A stretch of DNA of 64,000 nucleotides. It comes from Anaerolineae bacterium (GTDB taxonomy: Bacteria; Chloroflexota; Anaerolineae; Aggregatilineales; Phototrophicaceae). This document shows, one piece after another, positions 20,322 to 29,685 of this stretch (within the stretch, counting starts at the first letter, position 1; the number at the start of each line of letters is the position of its first letter). The stretch spans positions 1,790 to 65,789 of the forward strand of contig DAOTUA010000179.1 in the NCBI GenBank assembly GCA_034437355.1, read 5' to 3'. Under the pieces are notes generated by a model. It made no database searches and was not told the origin of the DNA. It worked only from the letters and a program-made list of their open reading frames with translations. The translations under genes were made by a program, and so were the position numbers.

Positions 20322-22889
20322 ATGCCCAATCCCGATCTCATCTACCTAGATGATCTGACCATCAACTTCGCCAGCTATCGCTTACTCCGTGACGGCCAAC
20401 CGATCCGCCTCACCCCGACCGAATGGTCCCTGCTACGCGAGTTAACCCAACATCCCAACCAGGTCCTTACCCACCGTACCCTACTCAAACGTGTATGGGG
20501 CGAAGAATACGAAACCGAACTCGACTACGTGCATACCTACGTCAGCCGCCTACGCCGCAAACTAGAGCCGGACCCCTCCAACCCGATGTACATCCTCACC
20601 GAAGCCGGGATCGGCTATCGCTTTAACGGCCATACCATCGCCCCGAACCCCCAACCGGCCCCCACCACCGAAACCGCCCAACCCGCCACCCCGCCGCGCT
20701 ATATCAATCCCCTGCCGCAACTCGTCGGTGAACGCTACGTCGGGCGACAAACCCAACGCGAATACGTCCGCGACCTGCTCACCGACGGCGCACGCATGGT
20801 CAGCCTGTACGGGCGGGCCGGCGTCGGCAAGACCGCGCTCGCCTGTCGTGTCATCACTGACCTACAAACCACCGATCACTTCGACGGTATGGTCTTTCTC
20901 AGCGCCACCAGCACCGGCATCACCCTGGGCCGCATCCTCAGCGACTTTAACCGCCTGCTCGACGACGCGCCCCTCCCGGACCATCAACAGGCTGTTTACC
21001 GCATCACTCACCTGTTAGATCGGCTGCAAAACGGGCGCTACCTGCTGCTGCTAGACAACCTCGAACACCTGCAAAACCCCCTCACCAACGACCTGACCGA
21101 CAAAGATATGGAAATCTTCTTTAAGGTGGTATTAGAACAAGGCGGCGGGCTGCGCATCCTCGCCACCAGCCGCTACCCCCTTAACCTGCCGCGCAGCGTC
21201 AAAATGTGGGAGCGTGTCGTTTCGCTCGAACAAGGGCTGCACCTCACCGATGGGATCGCACTTCTGCGCCAGTCCGACCCAGACGGGCACGCCGGCCTCG
21301 CCAACGCCCCCGCCGAAATTCTCTCGCAGCTTGTCGCCCGCACACACGGCCTGCCGCGTGCGCTAGAAGCCATCGTCGGCATCCTGCTAGAATCCCCGTT
21401 GATGTCCCCCGCCGATCTGCTCAACGACACCGCCCTACTTGCCGATGAGATCGGCGAAATGTTCATCCAGGGCGTAATCGACACACTCCCCGCCGATGCC
21501 GTCCGGGTGATGGAACTTGTCTCGATGTTCCGCCGCGCTGTGCCCCTCCCGCTGCTAGAAGCCTTCACCGCCCCCCACCTGCAACCCGGCACACTCAAAC
21601 CCGTTCTGAACCGTCTCGTTCGGGCCTACTTCCTCACCTACAGCCCATCCGACGAGCGCGTTTCTATGCACCCGCTAGACCGCGCCTATTGTTATGGTCG
21701 CATCCCCACCGATGATCGCCGCCAGTATCACAACCAAATTGCGGACCTATACGCCGCTACCTTTGTCGATGACGGGCGCGTGACCAACATTGCCGATCTC
21801 AGCGTCCCGCTAGCCGCCTTTCAACACCGCGTACTCGCCGCTAAGTACGACCAGGCCGCCACCCTACTATTAGAACTTGACCGCGAATATCTATCCATAT
21901 GGGGCAACCACGCCGAACTTGCCGACAACTACGCCCAGGTCGCCCCCCACATCCACGACCCACGCCTACAACGCGACGCCACGCTACGCTACGGCGAAGC
22001 CCTCCGGCGTATCGGCAAACTACACGACGCCATCCACGCCTTCGAGCAGGTCAACCACAACGCCGCCGCCGCCAACGACCGTCACAGCCAGGCTGACGCC
22101 CAACGTAGCCTCGGTTGGGCCTACTACGATACCGGGCAGTTCCCGCGCTCCATCGACTACTGGAAGCAGGCCCTCGACGTATTCCAACAAATCGGCGATC
22201 ACTACCGCATGGGGGACTTGCTCAGCGGCATGGGCTGGGTATCCTACCTGATGGGCGCTTACGATGAGGCGCTCCACTACCTCCAACAGTCGTTTCTCAT
22301 CTTTGGCGAGATCGGCGATCAGCTTCACCGTATCGGCGTAAATATCGGTGATTCTGGCATGATCCGCGCCGCACAAGGCCACTACACCCAGGCTATCCGC
22401 AACCTGCGCGAATCGCTCTCGATTGCCGAGGTCACCAACGCGATCAACGAAAAAAGCTACAAAGGCGGCTATCTGGCCGTCGTCTTGTTGCTGGATGGTC
22501 AATTCGACCAGGCCGAAGCCGCCGCCCGCACCGCCGTTCAATACGATGTCCCCGCCAACCGTCACTTTGTCGCCGCCGTCCACGGGATCGCCCTCGCACG
22601 CCTCAACCGCACCGACGAAGCGATTCAGGCGTTTGAAGACGCCCTGCGCTATGCCGATAGTATTCTGCGGTTTACATCCGGCCTATACCATGCCCGTTAC
22701 GCCCACGCGCTCGCGTTAGCAGGGCTGGCCCTGCTGCGGGCGGATGATCTCATCCCCGCCGTTGAGGATTACGGCGCGGCCCTCGCCATGTGCGCCACCG
22801 CCGGCGTGATCGAACTCAACTTGAACCTGCTTAAAACACTAGACCCCGATCACAAACTCGACGGCGTGCGCTCGCTGCTGACCGGCTGA
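20322..22889 (+). CDS. multidomain regulator: OmpR/PhoB-type winged-helix DNA-binding domain (no receiver), NB-ARC/STAND P-loop NTPase, TPR repeats
   Basis: 855-aa ORF. The N-terminus is a Trans_reg_C-like domain (LTPTEWSLLRELTQHPNQVLTHRTLLKRVWG...YVSRLRRKLE...GIGYRF). Walker A is GRAGVGKTALA and Walker B is LLLLDNLEH. The C-terminal half has TPR-like repeats (GWAYYDTGQF..., GWVSYLMGAYDEAL...). Confidence 0.75.
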   Translation: MPNPDLIYLDDLTINFASYRLLRDGQPIRLTPTEWSLLRELTQHPNQVLTHRTLLKRVWGEEYETELDYVHTYVSRLRRKLEPDPSNPMYILTEAGIGYRFNGHTIAPNPQPAPTTETAQPATPPRYINPLPQLVGERYVGRQTQREYVRDLLTDGARMVSLYGRAGVGKTALACRVITDLQTTDHFDGMVFLSATSTGITLGRILSDFNRLLDDAPLPDHQQAVYRITHLLDRLQNGRYLLLLDNLEHLQNPLTNDLTDKDMEIFFKVVLEQGGGLRILATSRYPLNLPRSVKMWERVVSLEQGLHLTDGIALLRQSDPDGHAGLANAPAEILSQLVARTHGLPRALEAIVGILLESPLMSPADLLNDTALLADEIGEMFIQGVIDTLPADAVRVMELVSMFRRAVPLPLLEAFTAPHLQPGTLKPVLNRLVRAYFLTYSPSDERVSMHPLDRAYCYGRIPTDDRRQYHNQIADLYAATFVDDGRVTNIADLSVPLAAFQHRVLAAKYDQAATLLLELDREYLSIWGNHAELADNYAQVAPHIHDPRLQRDATLRYGEALRRIGKLHDAIHAFEQVNHNAAAANDRHSQADAQRSLGWAYYDTGQFPRSIDYWKQALDVFQQIGDHYRMGDLLSGMGWVSYLMGAYDEALHYLQQSFLIFGEIGDQLHRIGVNIGDSGMIRAAQGHYTQAIRNLRESLSIAEVTNAINEKSYKGGYLAVVLLLDGQFDQAEAAARTAVQYDVPANRHFVAAVHGIALARLNRTDEAIQAFEDALRYADSILRFTSGLYHARYAHALALAGLALLRADDLIPAVEDYGAALAMCATAGVIELNLNLLKTLDPDHKLDGVRSLLTG

Positions 22890-22890
22890 A

Positions 22891-24132
22891 TCAGGGCGCA
22901 GTCACGGCAAACAAACACTTCAGATACACCCCTTCCGCAAACGTTACCGGATGATCCAGCGCGTGCCCCGTCCGTTCAATCTCACGCAGTGGATAGGCGC
23001 TCGCCTGTTGCACGGTTCGGAAAAAATCATCCGCCGTTACCCGGCTGCTGCACGACGCCATCACAAGCTGCCCACCAGGGCGCAAAAGCTCCGTTGCTAA
23101 CCCCGCTAACCGACGATACGCACGCAACGCACCATCCGCTTCTGATGCTTGCTTGGCAAACGCGGGCGGGTCCACGATCACCATATCAAACCGCCGTCCC
23201 TCTCCGGCCATCCCCGCCATCGCCTCGAACGCATCCGCCGCGAGCATGTCATGGGTTGCTGCCGTTACGTTCGGATGATCCGCATTTAACGCCATATTGT
23301 GCCGCGCCGCCGCCAACGCCGGCCCCGATATATCCAGGCTGGTGACATGGGCCGCACCCCCTGCCGCCGCATACACCGAAAATCCGCCCGTATACGCGAA
23401 CACGTCCAGCACCTCCGCTTTACCAGCGGCAAGCTCGCCTACCCGTGAACGGTTCTCGCGCTGGTCGAAGAAAAACCCGGTCTTATGCCCATCAAGTACA
23501 TCGGCAGCAAACCACAGCCCGTTTTCCCGGAACCGGATCGGTCCCTCCGGCGGCGGCCCGTACAACGTCTGGCCATCCCACAGCCCGAACGTTTCTCCCT
23601 CCGCCACCTGACGGCTTAACCGTAGGACCAGCCGTTCCGCCCCAACCGTATCTACCAACACCGGTAGCAGGTCGCCCAGATGCGGCAACCACGCCGCACT
23701 ATACAGCTTCATCACCAATGTGCCGGCATACCGATCCACAATCAAAGCGGGCAACCCATCATTAGCCCCATACACCAACCGGTACCCCGTTGTCAGCGCC
23801 GCCCCTAACCCCGCCCGACGCGCTGCCGCCGCTTGTAATACCCCCGCAAACCAATCGCGGTTGATCTGCGCTGGCGTGTGATGTTGTAGCACCCGCACCC
23901 GGATCGGTGAATGCGGATCATATAACCCCACCCCCAAAAACCGATCACGATAATCGAAAACAACCGCCAACGTCCCCGCCGCCGCCCCCGTATAATTCGC
24001 ATCCGTGATCGCATCCTCAAACAACCACGGATGGCCCGCTTTCAGGGCGCGTTCCGCTGCCGGCTTGACGTGCAGCGCCAACCGACGCGCGTTTGCTGGC
24101 GGGATGTTCATCAGATGCTCGTGAAATGTCAT
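22891..24132 (-). CDS. class I SAM-dependent rRNA methyltransferase, RlmI-like (PUA-like N-terminus plus methyltransferase domain)
   Basis: 413-aa ORF with LDVFAYTGGFSVYAA (SAM motif I-like) and VIVDPPAFAK (motif IV). The length and order fit the RlmI/YccW family. Confidence 0.75.
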   Translation of the reverse strand: MTFHEHLMNIPPANARRLALHVKPAAERALKAGHPWLFEDAITDANYTGAAAGTLAVVFDYRDRFLGVGLYDPHSPIRVRVLQHHTPAQINRDWFAGVLQAAAARRAGLGAALTTGYRLVYGANDGLPALIVDRYAGTLVMKLYSAAWLPHLGDLLPVLVDTVGAERLVLRLSRQVAEGETFGLWDGQTLYGPPPEGPIRFRENGLWFAADVLDGHKTGFFFDQRENRSRVGELAAGKAEVLDVFAYTGGFSVYAAAGGAAHVTSLDISGPALAAARHNMALNADHPNVTAATHDMLAADAFEAMAGMAGEGRRFDMVIVDPPAFAKQASEADGALRAYRRLAGLATELLRPGGQLVMASCSSRVTADDFFRTVQQASAYPLREIERTGHALDHPVTFAEGVYLKCLFAVTAP

Positions 24133-24165
24133 GGGTGCTGCTCCATCAAATCGAAATAGACGGTC

Positions 24166-26580
24166 TCAAGGCCCGCGCCGTACCGATGTCGTCACAATCA
24201 CTTCTATTTCCGCCACAAACTGATACAACCCATCCATATACGCTTGTAGATAATCCGTCACCACCAACCGCGCCAACGCCACATGCCCCGCCTCTACCAA
24301 CGCCAACACCGGCTCCCGGAAATCCCGCACCGTAATCACCATCTGATCCCGATCATCCGTCATTATGCCCCACACCAGAATTTTTTTGTCGTTATCATCC
24401 TTCGCGCTCGAAAACCGCCGCACCGATGACCCTGTTACCACCCGCCCTACGTTGCTAAATACCTCCTCCCCCTTAATCGCCTCATTGACCACCGTCAACT
24501 GCCCCGGAATACTATCCATAACCTGTTGCATCGCTTTTGGTAGCCCCGCAATTAACCGAATCGCCGTCGTCCCCATACTTTCCCCCCGCGTGGCGATCTC
24601 CCGATACCGTTCCATCAACGCCCCAAACGCCTGCAAATAACCTAAATACGCCTCGCGCTCATCCAAAAATGCCCGGATCACCTCGCGATCCGGCGCACCG
24701 TTTGCTTTCGGTTGACGCGCCAACTCGCGGAGCGCCACCAGCTTCTCATGCTCTCCCCGGAAATCCGGCAGCGGGCTACGAAAGGTACTTGGAAAGACCC
24801 GTTCTTTCGGATCGTAGCGTGTCGCATCAATCGGAATCAGCAGTGATGGGTTTTGCTCCCGTTGCGCCCGGAACATCCCTTCCAGGTCTTTCACCAACTC
24901 CGCGCCACCCGGATGCCCCGCTAATGCCACGAACCGATCTCGGACCGCATTTCCGGGCGTATACCCCGCATTGAAGATCGTCCGGTACAACACCAACAAG
25001 TCATTGACCGTCAACCGTAACCCCGTCCGCGCCTTGAGCGTTGTTCGCAAACGCTGTATCGGCTCGATCTCCCCCCGGGTTTCCGCACTCACACCCGGCC
25101 TAGCCACCTCATAGCGTGCCGCCGTCGCCCGTAGCCTATCCGACGCCGCCAGCCTCAACGGGGCTGTTGGGGTCGCCTCCGGTTGTGGGCCAGCCATGCC
25201 ACACACAATATGCAGATACTTGCTCGCCTCGTTGGTGAGCATCTCCGCCACGGCCAAACTCCACGGACCATCAAAGAAAATGTGCGAAAAGTCAAACACC
25301 GTACTTTCACCCGTGCGCAAAATCGTCAGCGCGTGATCACCGATCCCACGTTGCCCCTGCCGGATCACCGGCAACGGCACATCCGCCGGGCGCTCATCCC
25401 AGTTGATCAGAATCGGGGCCTTACGCAGCCTCTCTAAATCGTGCCGCTGTTGCTTATCCAAGGTCGCCCGCAAACGCAGTTGCGCACTGCGCGGCGCTGT
25501 CGTCAGTATCTCTGTCGCCCCGGCTCCCAGCACGCGCCCCCCCTCTAATATTCCCCGCACCTGCCCGATCAATCTGCGCACCGCCTCCACCGACCCCAGC
25601 GCCGGCACTGCTAGCAGGTAATACGCCCCCCGGTAAATTATGCCGATCTGTAGCTCATCCGCCTCCAACGGATAACGTTCATCCCCATATTCCCCTGGTT
25701 CTAGCTGTCGATGAATCGACATCTGCCGCACATACGCCCGCTGCCGCCGTCCTCGTGCCTCCTGGTTTTCCGGGTCATACCACACCCCCGCGAACGCTTC
25801 CCACTGCGGTTTAGATACCTGCGATAAATAGTAATCACAAAATTGGTCGAATACCGCCTCACGTGCCACCACCAACCCCGTTTTGACATCTGGCGCGGCA
25901 AATGGCTGTATCCGTTGCCATTCCTGATAAAGCCCGGTTAACCCTGTCGTCTCCTCGATCACCCGTAACCGGACGCTCTCGGCCCATCTTAGTTCCAATA
26001 AGCGATGATAATCACGCAGCATCGCCGCGCACGCCATCACCCATGCCGCCAGTTGTAAAACCGGATCATCTCCCCCCGCCACTTTGCCCCACACCCGTTG
26101 GAACCCCACCGTTTCCGTCTGATGATGGGCCGCATCCTCTCGTAAACCGAACTCAACGTAAAACTGCCAGGCCCCTTCCGGCAGATAGTCCGCCGGATCG
26201 TTGCCGGCTAGCTCTAACAGCATATTATAGCCCGCCAATACAGTTGCCGGGCCAGTAAACGCCATATGATACAACATATTGTTGCGCATCAAAGACAGCC
26301 CCTTAAACAGCGCGTTCACATGCGAACGCCCTGTCGCCGTCTTATCCCCCTTACGCGCACTCAACAACCCGCTAAACACAAAGTTGACCACGTTCCCCGC
26401 CGGGATCACTTGCGCGATCTCATCGATCAACTCATTACGCTCCGCAACCGATAGCATAGACACCGCTGGATCTGTGGTGTCATCCTGTTGTGCTAATAAG
26501 TTGCGGATACTGTCCGTCGTTAGCCGGGTCGCCCGTGCCATCTCCTGATGGTCATCGGCAGAGGGCATCTTCTGAGCCAT
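24166..26580 (-). CDS. hypothetical protein, 804 aa, no recognisable family
   Basis: A long ORF with coding-like composition. It sits 9 nt downstream of the preceding membrane-protein gene and 33 nt upstream of the methyltransferase gene. I see no TM segments, P-loop, HExxH or other motif I can name. Confidence 0.7.
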   Translation of the reverse strand: MAQKMPSADDHQEMARATRLTTDSIRNLLAQQDDTTDPAVSMLSVAERNELIDEIAQVIPAGNVVNFVFSGLLSARKGDKTATGRSHVNALFKGLSLMRNNMLYHMAFTGPATVLAGYNMLLELAGNDPADYLPEGAWQFYVEFGLREDAAHHQTETVGFQRVWGKVAGGDDPVLQLAAWVMACAAMLRDYHRLLELRWAESVRLRVIEETTGLTGLYQEWQRIQPFAAPDVKTGLVVAREAVFDQFCDYYLSQVSKPQWEAFAGVWYDPENQEARGRRQRAYVRQMSIHRQLEPGEYGDERYPLEADELQIGIIYRGAYYLLAVPALGSVEAVRRLIGQVRGILEGGRVLGAGATEILTTAPRSAQLRLRATLDKQQRHDLERLRKAPILINWDERPADVPLPVIRQGQRGIGDHALTILRTGESTVFDFSHIFFDGPWSLAVAEMLTNEASKYLHIVCGMAGPQPEATPTAPLRLAASDRLRATAARYEVARPGVSAETRGEIEPIQRLRTTLKARTGLRLTVNDLLVLYRTIFNAGYTPGNAVRDRFVALAGHPGGAELVKDLEGMFRAQREQNPSLLIPIDATRYDPKERVFPSTFRSPLPDFRGEHEKLVALRELARQPKANGAPDREVIRAFLDEREAYLGYLQAFGALMERYREIATRGESMGTTAIRLIAGLPKAMQQVMDSIPGQLTVVNEAIKGEEVFSNVGRVVTGSSVRRFSSAKDDNDKKILVWGIMTDDRDQMVITVRDFREPVLALVEAGHVALARLVVTDYLQAYMDGLYQFVAEIEVIVTTSVRRGP

Positions 26581-26589
26581 CCCAACAAT

Positions 26590-26949
26590 TTACAAGCCAG
26601 ACGACCGCGCATCCTCCTCGGTCCACCCGGCCTGGGCTTTCCGAGCTAAGGCCGCATCGCGTGCCGGGCGCTCAATCCGAGCGAACAAAAACGCGCTACC
26701 ATACATCACCGCCGATAACCCTAACGCCGTCAGCAGCCCGTAGCCCAAGCGCATCCAGCCCGCCTCGGGCGACGTGATCACTACCGCGGTCACCGTCACC
26801 GGCAGCGCCGCGACCGCACTCGCACTCATGTAATGCAATACCCGCGCTACACTACCGCCGTAAACCGGGTCCCGGCGATGCGAACTACGCTCGACAAAAA
26901 AACCCGCTACCAGCCCAAATACCACACCGATCACAATTGTTATTATCAT
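26590..26949 (-). CDS. small integral membrane protein (119 aa, about 3 TM segments)
   Basis: It has hydrophobic segments IITIVIGVVFGLVAGFFV, AVAALPVTVTAVVI and LGYGLLTALGLSAVMYGSAFLF. It starts 2 nt after the stop of the DUF5989-like ORF. Confidence 0.6.
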   Translation of the reverse strand: MIITIVIGVVFGLVAGFFVERSSHRRDPVYGGSVARVLHYMSASAVAALPVTVTAVVITSPEAGWMRLGYGLLTALGLSAVMYGSAFLFARIERPARDAALARKAQAGWTEEDARSSGL

Positions 26950-26951
26950 CG

Positions 26952-27122
26952 TTAAAACAACGTGTAGATAAATGGTGCGGTCGTTGGACTAGAGCCGAAC
27001 AAAATCGCAGCTCCAAAAACAGTCAATACCAGAATCATCGGTATCAACCAATATAGCTTACGCTCCCATAAAAACTGGAGCAGTTCGCCTACTATCCCAA
27101 GCCTTGCGAAAAACTCATTCAT
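26952..27122 (-). CDS. DUF5989-like (SxtK-like) small membrane protein, 56 aa; below the ORF-track length cutoff
   Basis: My translation of the minus strand from ATG 27122-27120 to TAA 26954-26952 is MNEFFARLGIVGELLQFLWERKLYWLIPMILVLTVFGAAILFGSSPTTAPFIYTLF. The single TM segment and the C-terminal APFIYTLF ending match what I remember of the small proteins encoded next to this type of carbamoyltransferase. It lies 16 nt downstream of the carbamoyltransferase stop. Confidence 0.65.
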   Translation of the reverse strand: MNEFFARLGIVGELLQFLWERKLYWLIPMILVLTVFGAAILFGSSPTTAPFIYTLF

Positions 27123-27138
27123 GCTAGCATTAGCTCCT

Positions 27139-28929
27139 TTATTTATCTTTACGCACCAAGAAAGACCCCAGCGCGAGTATATCTATATCGCTGTTCTGAA
27201 ATGTGTTCCACGCATCACGCGGCGTATTCACAATTGGCTCGCCCCGCAAATTGAACGACGTATTCAAAACAACCGGAACGCCTGTTTCTGCTGCAAAGCG
27301 TTCTATCACACCATAATATCTGAGATTCGTCTCCCGTTCAATTGCTTGTAACCGGCCCGTCCCTTCATGATCTACCGCCTCGATCTCCCCCCGCTTCTCC
27401 TCACGGATCGGGGCCACCATCAACATATAACGCGGGGCCTCATGTTCCTGCACCTTGGGGTAGTCGAAATACTCCAAGGCCCGATCTCGCAACACCACCG
27501 GCGCAAACGGTCGGAACGGCTCGCGATACTTGATCTTTGTGTTGACCACATCCTTCATTTCCGCGCTGCGCGGGTCCGCTAAAATACTCCGATTCCCCAA
27601 CGCACGCGGCCCCCACTCAAACCGCCCCTGGAAAAACCCAACAATCTGCTGCTGAGTCATATCCTGCGCCAGTACATCCAACATCTTATCAATATTATCG
27701 TCGTAACGCTCATACTTGGCCCCAACCCCATCCAAAAAATCCCGACAGGCCGCGTCACTATAAGCCGCCCCCCAATACGCATGGGGCATCACCCAGTTTC
27801 GCGGTTTCCCCAACACCATATGATACGCCCACAACGCCGCCCCCAGCGCCCCGCCATCGTCCCCTGCCGCCGGCTGGATGTAAATCTCCTCGAAAGGCGT
27901 TTCATTCAACAGCCGCCAATTCGCCTTCGTATTAAGCGCCACCCCGCCCGCCATCACTACCTTGGCCTGGCCCGTCTTGGCGTGCAGGTGATTCAATATG
28001 TCGATCAGTGCATCTTCCGTCACCTGCTGGATGCTTGCCGCGACATCCGCGTAATACTGATTGCGCTCCATCAGCGCCTTCTCCCCGGACCGTTCCGGGT
28101 TGGTTTTCATCGTGAAGAACTCCAGGTCCGGCGGGCGGTTCTCTCCGAATAACTCAACGAACTTCTGGCTATAACTGCGCGTGCTGCTATGCTGGAACGC
28201 GAAATAATCCAAGTCTAGCTGATAACTCCCACCCGCCCCACGCCGGAACACCTGCCGCACCTTATCAACATAGCGCGGCTCGCCGTAAGGCGTCATTCCC
28301 ATCACCTTATACTCACCGTTATTGACCCGAAAGCCCAACCACGCCGTAAATGTTGAGTACAACAACCCGATACTGTGCGGGAAACGCTGCTCCTCAAACA
28401 ACTCGATCTTGTTCTCGCCGTTTATATCCCCCTCCCAATAGCTGCTCGCCGTCCCTAATGTCGTGGTCGTCCACTCGCCCACACCATCCACCGTCAACAC
28501 CGCCGCTTCTTTGAACGGGCTGGCAAAAAAGGCACTCGCCGCATGGCTCATATGATGATCGCAGAACAACACCCGATCATACGGTATATCCGTCTGCTTC
28601 TGGATGATCGTCTTGACCCACAACTTCTCGTTTAACCACGCCACCAACGCACCACGCCACACATTCACCGACTGCGGGAACGTATTCAACGTCGTTAACA
28701 AAATACGCTCGAACTTCACCAGCGGCTTCTCGTAAAACACCACATAATCCACATCCTGCTTGCGGATACCCGCCTGTGCCAAACAAAACGCTATTGCCTG
28801 CTGCGGGAACGAATTATCGTGCTTTTTCCGCGAAAACCGTTCTTCCATAGACGCCGCCACCAGCACCCCATCTTTGAGCAACGCCGCCGCCGAATCGTGA
28901 TAAAAACAAGAAATACCCAGGATATACAT
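27139..28929 (-). CDS. NodU/CmcH-family carbamoyltransferase
   Basis: MYILGISCFYHDSAAALLKDGVLVAASMEERFSRKKHD is the typical N-terminus of this family, and the ~596-aa length fits. The track start at 28935 is TTG, so I prefer ATG 28929. Confidence 0.9.
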   Translation of the reverse strand: MYILGISCFYHDSAAALLKDGVLVAASMEERFSRKKHDNSFPQQAIAFCLAQAGIRKQDVDYVVFYEKPLVKFERILLTTLNTFPQSVNVWRGALVAWLNEKLWVKTIIQKQTDIPYDRVLFCDHHMSHAASAFFASPFKEAAVLTVDGVGEWTTTTLGTASSYWEGDINGENKIELFEEQRFPHSIGLLYSTFTAWLGFRVNNGEYKVMGMTPYGEPRYVDKVRQVFRRGAGGSYQLDLDYFAFQHSSTRSYSQKFVELFGENRPPDLEFFTMKTNPERSGEKALMERNQYYADVAASIQQVTEDALIDILNHLHAKTGQAKVVMAGGVALNTKANWRLLNETPFEEIYIQPAAGDDGGALGAALWAYHMVLGKPRNWVMPHAYWGAAYSDAACRDFLDGVGAKYERYDDNIDKMLDVLAQDMTQQQIVGFFQGRFEWGPRALGNRSILADPRSAEMKDVVNTKIKYREPFRPFAPVVLRDRALEYFDYPKVQEHEAPRYMLMVAPIREEKRGEIEAVDHEGTGRLQAIERETNLRYYGVIERFAAETGVPVVLNTSFNLRGEPIVNTPRDAWNTFQNSDIDILALGSFLVRKDK

Positions 28930-28935
28930 ATTCAA

Positions 28936-29169
28936 TTACCCCTGACGCCGCGCACGGTCAATTTCCGTAGATACCGGTTCGCGTGTTAACCACGATGGCT
29001 CATCTCTCGCCCGACGCTGTAGCGGGTCAGTCGCAAAAGTAGAAATCAGCGCAAATGGCACCAAAAATGTGAAATAAAAGACGACAGCTAACAAACTACC
29101 GACCGCTTCACCAACAATCAACGTGATCGTCTGCAATCGTTCTCTAGCCAATTGAAACGTTTCGCCCAA
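28936..29169 (-). CDS. small membrane protein, possibly SxtJ-like
   Basis: 77-codon ORF with a TTG start that ends immediately before the carbamoyltransferase gene. It has one or two TM segments, and the FLVPFALISTFATDPLQRR segment resembles the conserved xPxxLxxxxxxDPLxR region I associate with SxtJ-family proteins. This is weak. Confidence 0.4.
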   Translation of the reverse strand: MGETFQLARERLQTITLIVGEAVGSLLAVVFYFTFLVPFALISTFATDPLQRRARDEPSWLTREPVSTEIDRARRQG

Positions 29170-29334
29170 AGCTCACATCTCCCATTCACCACCTTTTACT
29201 AAGCCAGCATATCATAGGCGATCCCCTCATGAAAACAAGGTCCGTTCGCCCATACCAACCGCTTGTGCTTGTCAAACACCCCCCACGGATATAGAATACT
29301 CGCACCAACAGACCAATAGCTTTTGGGGTAGTAT

Positions 29335-29658
29335 ATGTCTCAAATAGAAGAATTTGATCGCAAAATCCGTGTAAAACGCCTGGAAAAAGTAGAACCCCAT
29401 CTCAAACAATATGCGCCCGTATGGATCATCAACGAAGAACTGATCCCAGAAGATAGCTCGATCATGTTCAACGTGCTATTCCAACACCATCTCTACGGAT
29501 GGGTCAACCGTCGCTATAAATACGATGGCTTTAACAACGTCCTCTACCACAAAGGCCAAACTGAAATGGACGAGGACGACGCCCTCGACATCATCGAAGC
29601 CCAAACTCCCTTCATCCCCGCCGGTATCTCCGACACGCGCAACGCCTACGGCGGCTAA
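29335..29658 (+). CDS. hypothetical protein, 107 aa
   Basis: An isolated ORF with ordinary coding composition (MSQIEEFDRKIRVKRLEKVEPHLKQYAPVWIINEE...). I recognise no family. Confidence 0.5.
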   Translation: MSQIEEFDRKIRVKRLEKVEPHLKQYAPVWIINEELIPEDSSIMFNVLFQHHLYGWVNRRYKYDGFNNVLYHKGQTEMDEDDALDIIEAQTPFIPAGISDTRNAYGG

Positions 29659-29685
29659 CGGGGGCCGCCGCCCGCGATCTTCAGC

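Noticed and set aside
20322-22889. The STAND NTPase read as an Avs/NLR-like antiviral sensor.
   Set aside because: The effector position is occupied by a DNA-binding winged helix rather than a nuclease, protease, TIR or pore-forming domain. The context is chromosomal housekeeping. A transcriptional regulator is the simpler reading.
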